Part shown: positions 37,958-47,600 of the stretch, one piece after another
Position numbering within the stretch: position 1 is the first letter of the stretch
Layout: every line of letters begins with the position of its first letter
DNA from: Myxococcota bacterium
GTDB lineage: Bacteria; Myxococcota_A; Polyangia; Nannocystales; Nannocystaceae
NCBI GenBank assembly: GCA_039028615.1
Contig: JBCCHT010000014.1
Span: 1 to 64,000, forward strand
Reading direction: 5' to 3'
DNA: 64,000 nt
The notes under the pieces: generated by a model
Told to the model about the DNA's origin: nothing
What the model saw: the letters and a program-made list of their open reading frames with translations, nothing else
Database searches by the model: none
Program-made: the position numbers and the translations under genes

Positions 37958-40228
37958 CTAGTTGAGCTTGATGGCCCCGCCCGCCACGTTGACCGCCCCC
38001 GAGCCGGTCACGTTGACGGTCGGCGCGGTCACGTCGGCCTTGCCCTTGCCCATGACCTTGGCCGCGGCGCCGAACATCGCCGCGTCGGCGGTGAGCTGCA
38101 CCGCGCCCCCCGACTTGGACTGGCACGTGGTGGTCGCCCCGGTGATCGTCGCGTCCGCGGTGAAGAAGCCGCTGCCGCCCCCCGACGCCTGGATCAGCGC
38201 CTTGCCGTCCAGGAACACCTTGCTGCCTCCGCTGCTCTGGGTCAGCGCGTTGCCGTCGAGCTTGACCTGGCTGCCTCCGCTGCTCGAGGTCAGCGCGTTG
38301 CCATCGAGCAACACCTTGCTGCCCGCCGACGACTGCATCAGCGCGTTGCCGTCGAGCACGATCTGAGCCCCGCCCCCTGCCTTGAGCGTGATCTTCCCCG
38401 GCTCGAGCGTGATGGACGACCCGGGACACGACAGCGTGATCGAGTTCGGCGCGCTCATGAACGCGGTGCTGCTGGCGGTGACCTTGTAGTCCCCCGTGAC
38501 CGCCGTGGAGCTGCCCTTGAACCCCGGGTCTTTGTTGTCCCCCGCGCTCGCCCCCTTCCCGACCTTGGCTGGCGCGCCCTTGATCTCGAGGATCTGGTTG
38601 CCGTCGACGGTGATCTTCTGGTTGCCCCCGACCTGGAGCGTCTGGTGCAGATCGACGGTGGTGCTCTGGTCGTGCTTGACCTTCACGTTGAGGTCGCGCT
38701 GCGCGTGGATGTAGACCTCCTCCGCCCCCGACGCGTCCTCGAAGCGCAGCTCGTTGTAGCCGTCTCCCCCCGGGCTACTGTTGGTCTTGATGGTGCTCTT
38801 GGTCTTCTCGCCCGGCAGCGGGTACGGCGGAAGATGGCGGCCGTTGTAGACGCAGCCGGTCACCAGCGGCCGATCCGGGTTGCCCTCGAGGAACTCGACC
38901 AACACCTCCATGTCGACCCGCGGGATGAACATCGCCCCCCAGCTGGGGCCCGCCCAGGTCTGCGCCACGCGGACCCAGCACGACGAGGTGTCGTCGCGGG
39001 AGCCCAGCCGGTCCCAGTGCATGAAGATCTTGATTCGTCCCTGGTCGTCGGTGTGAATCTCCTCGCCGGGCGGACCGGTGACCGTGGCCGTCTGCGGTCC
39101 TTCGACCAGCGGCCGCCGTGTCCTTCGTGGCGGGCGATACGGCACCTCGCTGGGGATGCACTCGAAGGTGTTGTCGTACTGATACTCCGATCCCCGCTGC
39201 CCCCGAGAATCGGTCTGCTCTCCGCGGTGGATCACCCGCGTGATGAGGTACGGGCGATTGACCTCGTCGTAGCCGTGGTCGAACAGCTCGAAGGTCCGCC
39301 CCACGGAAAACCCGGTCACGTTGCCCTGGCCCCGCCCCTGCCGGCCGCCCATGCCGTGACGTTCACGCTCGCGCACGGCGAGCGCATCGCCATCGTCGAG
39401 CACGAAACGCCGGGTCATGTGCTGATAGGCCTCCCGCTCGCGGCCGCGCTCGTCGGGCTCCGCCGCGTCGTAGCGGATCGGATCGACAGGCTGCAGGTGG
39501 TCGTAGTCGAGCCGAGCGATCGACGTGGTGTGCAGCCGCCGACGCCACTCGAAAGACCCGACGTACTCGAGGTCGGGCGCCTCCGTCGGATGGGCGAGCG
39601 GAATTTCGGCCAGCCCGTCGAGCGTCTGCACGGGCGTGTAAGACTCGTTGGCGTCGACCAGGACCATCACCTCGTGCTCGCCGCCATGGTCGAAGTGAAA
39701 GGCGATGCCCTCCTCTTCCATCAACCGCGTGGCAAAGGTCAGGTCGCTCTCTCGGTACTGCACGCAGTAATCCCGCGCGTCGTAGCGCCCCCGCAGCTTC
39801 ATCTCGAGCGTGCGACCATGCGCGGCGAGGCGCGGCTCGAGCACCGACTGGAGGATCTCCGGCACGCTCATCTCCTGGAAGATCCGGGAGTCGGTGCCGA
39901 GCGAGCACATCCACAGCGCGGGGACCACCACCGCGCGCACGTGCAGGCGATCGTCGGCCACGCCCAGCCAGTCGAGCTGACACACCAGGCCGAAAACGCT
40001 GCGGGCCTGCGGCTCCCGCTCGATGATCAGCTCGCACGACGCCCCCAAGAGCGCTTCCGCATCCGTATCGACATCCCCCGTCGACAGCTCGAGCTCCAGC
40101 GAGAACGGAGCCGACAGCTGCTCGACCAGCTGCATGCGTCGCACGTACCAGTCGGCGTTGGGACCATCGGTGGTGCTGAACTCGTAGCGAACAGGAGCGA
40201 GGACCCCGGAAGGCGATGCGTCGGACAT
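37958..40228 (-). CDS. vgrG: Type VI secretion tip protein VgrG
   Basis: YCVQYRESDLTFATRLMEEEGI, GPQTATVTGPPGEEIHTD, SCWVRVAQTWAG, IPRVDMEVLVEFLEGNPDRP, NELRFED. Confidence 0.96.
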   Translation of the reverse strand: MSDASPSGVLAPVRYEFSTTDGPNADWYVRRMQLVEQLSAPFSLELELSTGDVDTDAEALLGASCELIIEREPQARSVFGLVCQLDWLGVADDRLHVRAVVVPALWMCSLGTDSRIFQEMSVPEILQSVLEPRLAAHGRTLEMKLRGRYDARDYCVQYRESDLTFATRLMEEEGIAFHFDHGGEHEVMVLVDANESYTPVQTLDGLAEIPLAHPTEAPDLEYVGSFEWRRRLHTTSIARLDYDHLQPVDPIRYDAAEPDERGREREAYQHMTRRFVLDDGDALAVRERERHGMGGRQGRGQGNVTGFSVGRTFELFDHGYDEVNRPYLITRVIHRGEQTDSRGQRGSEYQYDNTFECIPSEVPYRPPRRTRRPLVEGPQTATVTGPPGEEIHTDDQGRIKIFMHWDRLGSRDDTSSCWVRVAQTWAGPSWGAMFIPRVDMEVLVEFLEGNPDRPLVTGCVYNGRHLPPYPLPGEKTKSTIKTNSSPGGDGYNELRFEDASGAEEVYIHAQRDLNVKVKHDQSTTVDLHQTLQVGGNQKITVDGNQILEIKGAPAKVGKGASAGDNKDPGFKGSSTAVTGDYKVTASSTAFMSAPNSITLSCPGSSITLEPGKITLKAGGGAQIVLDGNALMQSSAGSKVLLDGNALTSSSGGSQVKLDGNALTQSSGGSKVFLDGKALIQASGGGSGFFTADATITGATTTCQSKSGGAVQLTADAAMFGAAAKVMGKGKADVTAPTVNVTGSGAVNVAGGAIKLN
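38190..38375 (-). repeat. 48-bp (16-aa) repeats in the VgrG spike
   Basis: Four copies of xxLDG(N/K)ALxxSS(G/A)GS. Confidence 0.7.
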
Positions 40229-40323
40229 GTCGTGGCGCTCGGGTGCTCGAGGTGCAGGCGGGCTCGCGGGGGCGATGGCACGCCCTGAGGGACCCCGCTC
40301 GAGGTGAGCGGAGCCGTCACTGG

Positions 40324-40375
40324 GTCACGTGCCACCCGGCGCTCGATCAATTTGATTCGCGTCGATTTTTTTCGG
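40324..40375 (-). promoter_or_regulatory. AATTGATC-N12-GCACGT motif with upstream A-tract, upstream of vgrG
   Basis: GTCACGTGC 40324-40332 and GATCAATT 40345-40352; matches 31426-31454. Confidence 0.5.
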
Positions 40376-40514
40376 GCCGAGGCAGCGGGCCACGTCCGCG
40401 CCTTCTTCGCACGACCGTTCTCGGCCTACTAGACGGCCGATTTCGCCGGTTTGGCTCCCGGGTCATCGCCGGGCAACATGGTCGCGGGCACCCGCGCTCC
40501 GCCTCGTTTTCACC

Positions 40515-41564
40515 CTACTCCTCGATGAGCGGTCCGGTGTTTTCCGGGTCGCAGTCGGGCTCGGCCGGGTTGCAGTAGAGGTTGGGCATCAGGTTGCCCG
40601 TCCACTTCGCCCGCAAGACGGCGTTGTTGTCGTTGTTGCCCGGATCGTTGTCCCAGAAGCTGAACCCGAAGCGCTCACGGTGGAACCACGGCCCGACGTG
40701 CCCGCCCCAGTAGCCCTCGGCGATGAGCGTGTTGCAGAAACCGCGCGACCACTTGAGCGCCCACGGGATGTTCGACTTCGGCCCGCTGAAGACCCCCTCG
40801 GACCCCGCCTGGGCGGTGCAGCTGGCGTGACCTTCGGGGAGGTAGGGCGCCTGATCCTCGGGATCGGGGATGAAGCTGGCGCCGCAGTGCGCATTGCCGG
40901 AGCCCTGGCAGGGCCCCGCCGCCGACCCCACCCGACCGGGATACTCCTCGTCCCACATCGTGGTGAACTTTCGTTCGTCGCCCCAAAGCGCGCGCGCGAA
41001 CATGCAGTGGTCCTTGTGGACTTGGCGATCTTCGCTCGTGTAGCCCACCAACGCCCGGACATGGTTGATCGCAATGCGATGCCACTCGTCGACCTCCGCC
41101 TTGGTGGGGTTGTCGATGTCCGCGAAGGGGTTGTGCTGATAGAAGACCTCGCGGATGCCTCGCACTCGGTCCACACTCGGGCACATCGCCTGCACGAACT
41201 CGTCGTGGGTCATCTGCGATGGGTTGTAGACCGTCCCGTCCCACTCGGCCGCCGCCCAGTCTTCGGCGCCGATCCAGCCGACGCCATCGGGGTCGTGGGC
41301 CGTGTTGACGTCGCCCTCGAAGGGCTTGGTGGCAAAGGTGTCCCAGTTCGCCTGATCGGGGGTGTACTGCTCCAGATCGCCCGGAGCGACGCTCGGAGCC
41401 CCGCTCTCGTCGGCCGCGGCGTCATCCGTTCCGTCGGCGCCGCCATCGACCGCGCTCGTGTTCGCAGCCCCATCGTCTTCGCCCGCGCCCGCGCCATCGT
41501 CTCCGCACGCCACCGCGCCGAGAGTCAGCGACAGCAATCCGACCCAACCCCTCCGAGACTTCAT
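40515..41564 (-). CDS. Hypothetical lipoprotein
   Basis: Lipobox LGAVAC, acidic linker and Cys/Trp-rich globular domain. Confidence 0.8.
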   Translation of the reverse strand: MKSRRGWVGLLSLTLGAVACGDDGAGAGEDDGAANTSAVDGGADGTDDAAADESGAPSVAPGDLEQYTPDQANWDTFATKPFEGDVNTAHDPDGVGWIGAEDWAAAEWDGTVYNPSQMTHDEFVQAMCPSVDRVRGIREVFYQHNPFADIDNPTKAEVDEWHRIAINHVRALVGYTSEDRQVHKDHCMFARALWGDERKFTTMWDEEYPGRVGSAAGPCQGSGNAHCGASFIPDPEDQAPYLPEGHASCTAQAGSEGVFSGPKSNIPWALKWSRGFCNTLIAEGYWGGHVGPWFHRERFGFSFWDNDPGNNDNNAVLRAKWTGNLMPNLYCNPAEPDCDPENTGPLIEE

Positions 41565-41601
41565 CGCCCATCGAGGCTATCACCCGAGCGCTGCGCTCGG
41601 G

Positions 41602-42501
41602 CTACGGAGTGGGTCGCCGCTGCAAGGGCCAGTGCTCTTGGTGGGCGCGTGCCTTCAGCCGCCCCGCGAACTCCCGGACCCGCGGCGTCATCACGCGTCC
41701 GGCGGGGCGCAGCAGGTGCACGGGCTGTCGGGGCAGGCTCCAGTCGTCGAGGATCACCGACAGGCCGGTGCCCTGCAGCGCACCGGGGCTGCACATCGGA
41801 TGCGGGAGCATGGCCGCCCCCAGGCCCCGCATCGCCGCCCGCATCAACACCCCGTAGTCGTTGATCCGCAGCCGTGGATTGGTGGAGACCACCGCTCGGT
41901 CCTGCTCGCGTTCGAAGGTCACGTCCTGCCCGGAGAACGACAGCAACACCCCTGCGAGATCACGGGGATGCGCGGCCGTGATCGACGACGGAGCCACCAC
42001 CCGCAGTGCGACATGGCCCAAGTGCGTGGCCACCAGGCGCTCGTCGGCGACCGGCCCCATGCGGAGCGCCAGGTCGAAGCCTTCCGCCACCAGGTCGACC
42101 CGTCGCGACACCAGGTCCATCTCGATCGACAGCTCGGGGAACTCGTCGAGCAGCTCGAGCATCAGGTCGCGACACAGCAGCGGACCCATCGTGGGTGGGG
42201 CCGCGATGCGCAGCACTCCCCGCGGCTGCCCGTGCGCGACCTCGGCGGCCTCCGCCACGTGGTCGAGTGCCCGCAGCGCATCGCGAGCGCGCTCGAGCAC
42301 ATCGTTGCCCGCCGCCGTGGGAGCCACCGCGCGCGTCGTTCGATGCAGCAACCGCAGCCCTAGGTGCTCCTCGAGCCGAGCGATCTGACGGCTGACCGTG
42401 GGCCGCGGCAGCGCCAGCTCCTGCGCAGCCGCGGTGAAACTTCGATGCTCCACCACCGCCACGAACGTTCGCAGATCATCCGGCCTGACTGGTTCACCCA
42501 A
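41602..42501 (-). CDS. LysR-family transcriptional regulator
   Basis: DLRTFVAVVEHRSFTAAAQELALPRPTVSRQIARLEEHLGLRLLHRTTR; DLVAEGFDLALR. Confidence 0.95.
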   Translation of the reverse strand: MGEPVRPDDLRTFVAVVEHRSFTAAAQELALPRPTVSRQIARLEEHLGLRLLHRTTRAVAPTAAGNDVLERARDALRALDHVAEAAEVAHGQPRGVLRIAAPPTMGPLLCRDLMLELLDEFPELSIEMDLVSRRVDLVAEGFDLALRMGPVADERLVATHLGHVALRVVAPSSITAAHPRDLAGVLLSFSGQDVTFEREQDRAVVSTNPRLRINDYGVLMRAAMRGLGAAMLPHPMCSPGALQGTGLSVILDDWSLPRQPVHLLRPAGRVMTPRVREFAGRLKARAHQEHWPLQRRPTP

Positions 42502-42563
42502 CGAAACAATCCTTTGACTCAGACAGCATTGAACGCATACGCATCATCAGTCAAACCTAGATC

Positions 42564-43043
42564 GTGGCCTCGATGCTCCTGTTCGGCGTGAACGTCGCGT
42601 TCTCGATGGCCGTCTGGGGCTACGTGCTCGCCCGGTGGCTGCGGCCGTGGATGGCTCGCCAACCGCTCGGCGCCGCGCTGACCCCCATCCTGCTACTGCA
42701 CATGACTCGCGCCAACGGGGCCGGCTTCGTCATCGAGGGTGTCGCCAGTGCACAGCTCGAGGCGGCGATGGCCGTGCCCGCCGCGACGGGAGACCTGCTC
42801 GCCGCCTCGTTGGCCGCGCTCGCGTTGCTCGGCTTTCGTCGCAACGAAGCCGCGGGCCGAGCGATGGCCTGGCTGTTCACCGTGGTCGGCCTGTGCGACC
42901 TAGCCATCGTCGCCACGCTGGTCGCCGCCTACCGCGTCGATCCGGGTGATCTGGGCGCAATGTACTTCGTGGTCGTGGGGGTGGTGCCCGGCTTGATGCT
43001 CACCCACCTGCTGGCCCTGCAAACGCTGAGGAACAAACAATGA
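42564..43043 (+). CDS. Integral membrane protein
   Basis: Several hydrophobic helices; divergent from LysR. Confidence 0.75.
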   Translation: MASMLLFGVNVAFSMAVWGYVLARWLRPWMARQPLGAALTPILLLHMTRANGAGFVIEGVASAQLEAAMAVPAATGDLLAASLAALALLGFRRNEAAGRAMAWLFTVVGLCDLAIVATLVAAYRVDPGDLGAMYFVVVGVVPGLMLTHLLALQTLRNKQ

Positions 43044-43549
43044 CGTTCATCGAACGATCCATCCAGGTCGATGCCCCCGCCGCCGCGGTCTGGGGGGTGT
43101 TCGCCGATTTTGCCGGAGTGGCCCAGTGGCACCCGTACATGGAGGGCGCCCACCTCGACGAAGGCTCGGCCGAGCACGGCATCGGGGCCGCGAGGATCTG
43201 CGAGTTCGGCCCCAAGATGGCCATTCGCGAGACCGTGCGGACCTGGGACGACGACGGCGCGATGACCATCTCCATCGATTTCATCCGCGGCATGGCCCCG
43301 CCCATCCGCGACATCGTGGCGGGTGTCTGCGTCACCGCCACGGGGCCCACGAGCTCCACGCTCACGCTGACCATGAGGTACGAGACCAAGCTGTGGGTGC
43401 TGGGCATGCTCGCCGACCACTTCATGGTCGTGCCGCAGTACCGCGCCGTATTCGGGCACATGCTCGCCGCGGCCAAGGCCTATGCGGAGACGGGGGCGGC
43501 GATCGAGCCCATTGCCATGCCCGGAAGCGGACGACAGCTGGCGAACTAA
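43040..43549 (+). CDS. SRPBCC/polyketide cyclase family protein
   Basis: IERSIQVDAPAAAVWGVFADFAGVAQWHP...GIGAARIC. Confidence 0.88.
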   Translation: MTFIERSIQVDAPAAAVWGVFADFAGVAQWHPYMEGAHLDEGSAEHGIGAARICEFGPKMAIRETVRTWDDDGAMTISIDFIRGMAPPIRDIVAGVCVTATGPTSSTLTLTMRYETKLWVLGMLADHFMVVPQYRAVFGHMLAAAKAYAETGAAIEPIAMPGSGRQLAN

Positions 43550-43636
43550 CGCCCGGACCTAGTTGAACATCGACGAGCTGAGACCGCGCACCCGTGCTAC
43601 GCGTGGGTGGCCATGATTGGCCGCCCGTCCCCGCCG

Positions 43637-44674
43637 ATGTCCACCCGCTGCCCCCACGGGCTCGTGCTGCTGCTCGCCCTTTGTACCCCTCTCGGCTGCA
43701 CGAAGAAGCCATCGCGGCTCGAGACCGCCTCGAAGCAGATCGAAGCCGACAACGCGAACGAGCTCCAGCAGGCTCAGGCCGCGCTGCCCCAGCTCCCGTC
43801 CGGCTCCGCGCCACCCGAGGGAGTGCCCGCTCAGCTGTGGACCGACCTGCACTGGCTGCCCACCGACGTCGCGGGGATCAACGGCACCGGACCTGGGCAC
43901 GAGCCGTTCATCGCCCACTGGTTCTTCGGCTTGCCCACGGGGCAGGATCCAGACTGCAAGGCGCTGCAAGAGGGGCTCTCACGCGGCTACGGCATCGAGT
44001 GGTCTCAGCCTCCCCAGAGCTTCGTGCTGTTCGGCAGCGGGACATTGGAGCAAGTCGAAGGGTGCGCCAAAGCAGCCACCAGCGCCCTGCGTGGCTCGGC
44101 CCATGTCGACAAAGACACGCTGTTCGTGCGCACGGACATGGGCAACGCGGAGCTCCGGTTCGCCACGCAGGGCGAACAGCTCGTGCTGGTCATCGACGAC
44201 GGGAGGTTGGGTCGCGTGGCGGATGCACAGGCCAACCGCTTGCGCGGCGACGAGAACCTGATGGCCTTGCTCACGAAGGTCGACCCCGCGCGTGCCACCT
44301 GGTCTGCGACGACCAACGACATGACGCAGGTGCCCGTTGGGGTGCCGAGTCTCGGGTACACGCTCCACAACGATGGCCCCAACACGAAGTTGGAGCTGCG
44401 CTTCGCCTTCGAAAGCTCCGCCGAAGCCGAGCGGGCCCTCGCGGCCACGCCCGCGCTCTTCGAGAAGATGGAGGCCATGCTCGGCAAACCGGTGGAGCGG
44501 GATCTTCGACGAGACGCGGAGACGGTGACGCTCATCGTGGACCCCGCGGTCATGCTCGCCATGCCCCCGGAAAAACTGGCCGAGCTCAATCAGACGCTAG
44601 AGGCCCTCGCGGCCGAACGAGCCGGCGGTCCCGATCCAGTGCAGCCTCCGGCCCCCGCCGAGGCTGCACCGTAG
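43637..44674 (+). CDS. Hypothetical lipoprotein
   Basis: Lipobox TPLGC after a hydrophobic stretch. Confidence 0.7.
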   Translation: MSTRCPHGLVLLLALCTPLGCTKKPSRLETASKQIEADNANELQQAQAALPQLPSGSAPPEGVPAQLWTDLHWLPTDVAGINGTGPGHEPFIAHWFFGLPTGQDPDCKALQEGLSRGYGIEWSQPPQSFVLFGSGTLEQVEGCAKAATSALRGSAHVDKDTLFVRTDMGNAELRFATQGEQLVLVIDDGRLGRVADAQANRLRGDENLMALLTKVDPARATWSATTNDMTQVPVGVPSLGYTLHNDGPNTKLELRFAFESSAEAERALAATPALFEKMEAMLGKPVERDLRRDAETVTLIVDPAVMLAMPPEKLAELNQTLEALAAERAGGPDPVQPPAPAEAAP

Positions 44675-44699
44675 CTCGGCGAGGCGGTCCCGCCGGGGT

Positions 44700-47600
44700 T
44701 CAGCCCCCGGTCGAGCTGCCGCCGTCGGTGTCGGACTCGTCTCCGCCCGTACCCGTGCCCGTGCCGTCCATCGGCTCCTCGTCTTGGCAGACCACGTCGG
44801 GCGCATACTGGCCGTTGCAGAACGCCCCCGCCTGGGGCCACAGCTTGCCGAACTGGTCGACGTACTGCGTGTTCTCGGGGTCGTAGACGAAGTCGCACAG
44901 ATCGCAGGCGTCGCCCACCCCGTCGTGGTCCTGGTCGCGAGGCGGCAGCAGACACAAGTTGTCCCACAGCGCCACGAGGTCGCCGCCGACATCCTCGAGC
45001 CCGAGGTCCACGTTGTCCTCGGGACCGGCCATGCCCGCGTCGGCCAGCGCCTCTTCGCACCCGGGCGGCAGCTGCAGCACGCCGGGCGTCTCGATCACAT
45101 CGTCGGGCAGCGCCCGGCACTGGCGGGCCTCTTCTTGGGCCTCGGTGCAGTCGAGACGCACGGGGATGCCGTCGGGATCGGTCATCGTCAACCCGGTGAC
45201 CACGTTGGTGAGGCTGCCGTCCGACTCCTCGACGATCTCGACCGAGCAGCAGTAGCCCGAGGACGTGACCTCGCGGAAGGCCATGGGCCGCGGCTCGTTG
45301 CGGTCGTCGCAGCTGGCCCCCACCTCGCACTCGAAGCCGATGAAGTCCCCGTCTTCGTCGCCCAGCTGCACGACCCCGTCGAACAGCTGCATGGGGTTGG
45401 CCACGAAGGCACAGGTGTCGCAGATGTCCCCGAGCCCGTCGCCGTCGGTGTCGACGTGGTCGCAGATGCCCGTGGCATCGTCGGGCTCGACCTTCTCGCA
45501 GCGGCGGTTCTCCGGGCAATCGACGTCCTGCTCGCAGGAGATGGCATCGGCCAGCGGCTGCCTCGGGCAGGCATCGACCAAGTTGGCCACCCCGTCCTGG
45601 TCGAAGTCGTCGGCATCGGCAAAGCCCACGGGGCCGGCCGAGCCGGGGCCCTGCATGCCCTGGCAGGCGTCGCCGAGCAGGTCGGAGTCGTCGTCTCGCT
45701 GACAGCGTCCCGGGTCGTCGAAGGCGATGGGATCCCCCACCGCGTAGGGATCGTCGGGCCCGTTGCCATCGCAGTTGGCCACGGTCGGGCAGTTGTCACA
45801 GACGTCACCGATGCCGTCTTGGTCGGCGTCTCCTTGGAAGGGGATGTTCCGCGCGTACATGTACAGCGGGACGTTCAGCTCTTCGGCGTCGTCGTTGTAC
45901 TGCTTGACCGCCTGGCGGCAGTTGTCGCAGTCGTTGCCGATGCCATCGCGGTCGGAGTCGGCGGAGTTGATGGTCGCGCTGGGCACCACCGGGCACAGGT
46001 CGACGACGTCCCCCACCCCGTCGCGATCCACGTCGCTCTGATCGCGGTTGTAGACGTCCTCGGCGTTGTCACAGGAGAACTGGAGGCCATCGAGATCGAG
46101 GTCCTCCTTGCACTTGGGATCGTCGATGAGGAAGTCGTAGGTGTACTCGGAGCCGCCGTCGGGCAGCCCGGTGACCAGCGGCATGCCGCACGCGTCCCAG
46201 AAGGCGTCCTGGTAGGCGGTGGGGTCGGCCATCTCCCCGATGGTGCCCAGGCCCGGCACCGCCACGCGGTAGCGCTGCTCGGGCTGCAGCACGGCGCGGA
46301 ACTCGGCCGGATCGATGCGCACCCCGAGCACGCCGATCTGCCGACCGGTGGTGTCCACCGTCAGGCAGGGCGGCACGCAGGCGCCCCGCTCCACGCGCTC
46401 GGCATCGGTGGCCGCACAGTCGGGGCCGCCCGCCACCGGACCCAGCGCGCAGCCGTCGGTGGGCGGCAGCAGCTCCCCCGCCTCGTCGATGCGCCAGATC
46501 TCGACCTTGGCCAGGTTCTCCGGGGACAGGTCGTACTTGTTGGAAAAGCCGATCTGGTAGTCGTCGCAGGCCCCGATCCGCAGGTTGTCGGAGGGGAAGC
46601 CGCTGTCGGGCACGACGTGGAACTGCGGCGTCTCGAAGCTGTAGATCGACTTGCCCGACAGCGTGTTGCCGCGCTTGTCCCTGAGGTACTCGCCCTCGTC
46701 CGGGTCTTGGAAGACGACGGTATAGGACTGCCCCGAGCACATTGCCCGGTCGAAGTCCTCGAAGTTCTCGGCGCGCTGGTCGAAGGGATCGTTGGCTCGC
46801 CACCCGTCGCGGATCGTCCGGGGGCTGATGTTGCCGCGATCTTGGGCGCAGGCCTCCACGCTCGCCCGCGGGATTCCACCCCAGTCGGCGGGCTGCCACT
46901 CGAAGCCCTTGATGGCGGGATCGTAGATGACCCCACCGCGACGCGAGACGAGCTTGACCGCATACTCGCCCTCGCGCTCGGGACGAACGCGGCCGTTTTC
47001 GTCGACACACGTGGCGGCCACGGCATCGACACACTCGGGCGGCGCCGCGGACAAGTCGGTGCAGATGCAGTCCTTGGTGATCTCGGGCAGGAAGCGGTTG
47101 CGGTCGGCCCGAGGCAGCGGCACCAGGTTGCGCTGGTAGACGGGGTCGCAGCGCTCCTCGTCGTCCACGAAGGGCCCGCCGAGCTCGGCCGCGCAGCACT
47201 CGGAGGCGAGCATGCGGCCGTCCTGGTCGGAATCGCAGAACGACAGCTGGCTGTTGGCCTGGGCCGTCTGACAGTTGTTGCCTTCCTCGTCGCACACGGG
47301 GAAGGTGGTGGTGCTGCGATAGCAGGCCCCCGCCCCGCGGTCGTCGAAGCGGGCATCGACGCAGTAGCCCTGGGCCCCGGTGGTGTCCGGCTGGGCGCGG
47401 CACTGCACGAACCACGGGGCCCGGCAGGTGCCCTCGACGCAGCTCGGATCGCTGGCGTCGACCATGCAGGCCTCGCCGTCGTCGTTGGTGCCCACGCAGA
47501 TGGACCCCGGCAGGTCGAGCCCCTCGATGTCCTGACACTGCGCCGAAGCGACACACGCATGCCCGGCCGACTCGAGCCACTGCGGGCGCTCTTGCGGGTG

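Noticed and set aside
18972..40228. Complete T6SS or prophage tail cluster
   Set aside because: No hcp, sheath, baseplate, clpV, capsid or integrase genes were recognised; it is treated as an orphan vgrG/effector region.
42513..42555. TTTGACT...AGTCAAA inverted repeat between LysR and its divergent operon
   Set aside because: The arms are short and widely spaced and do not fit a clear T-N11-A box; too weak to call.
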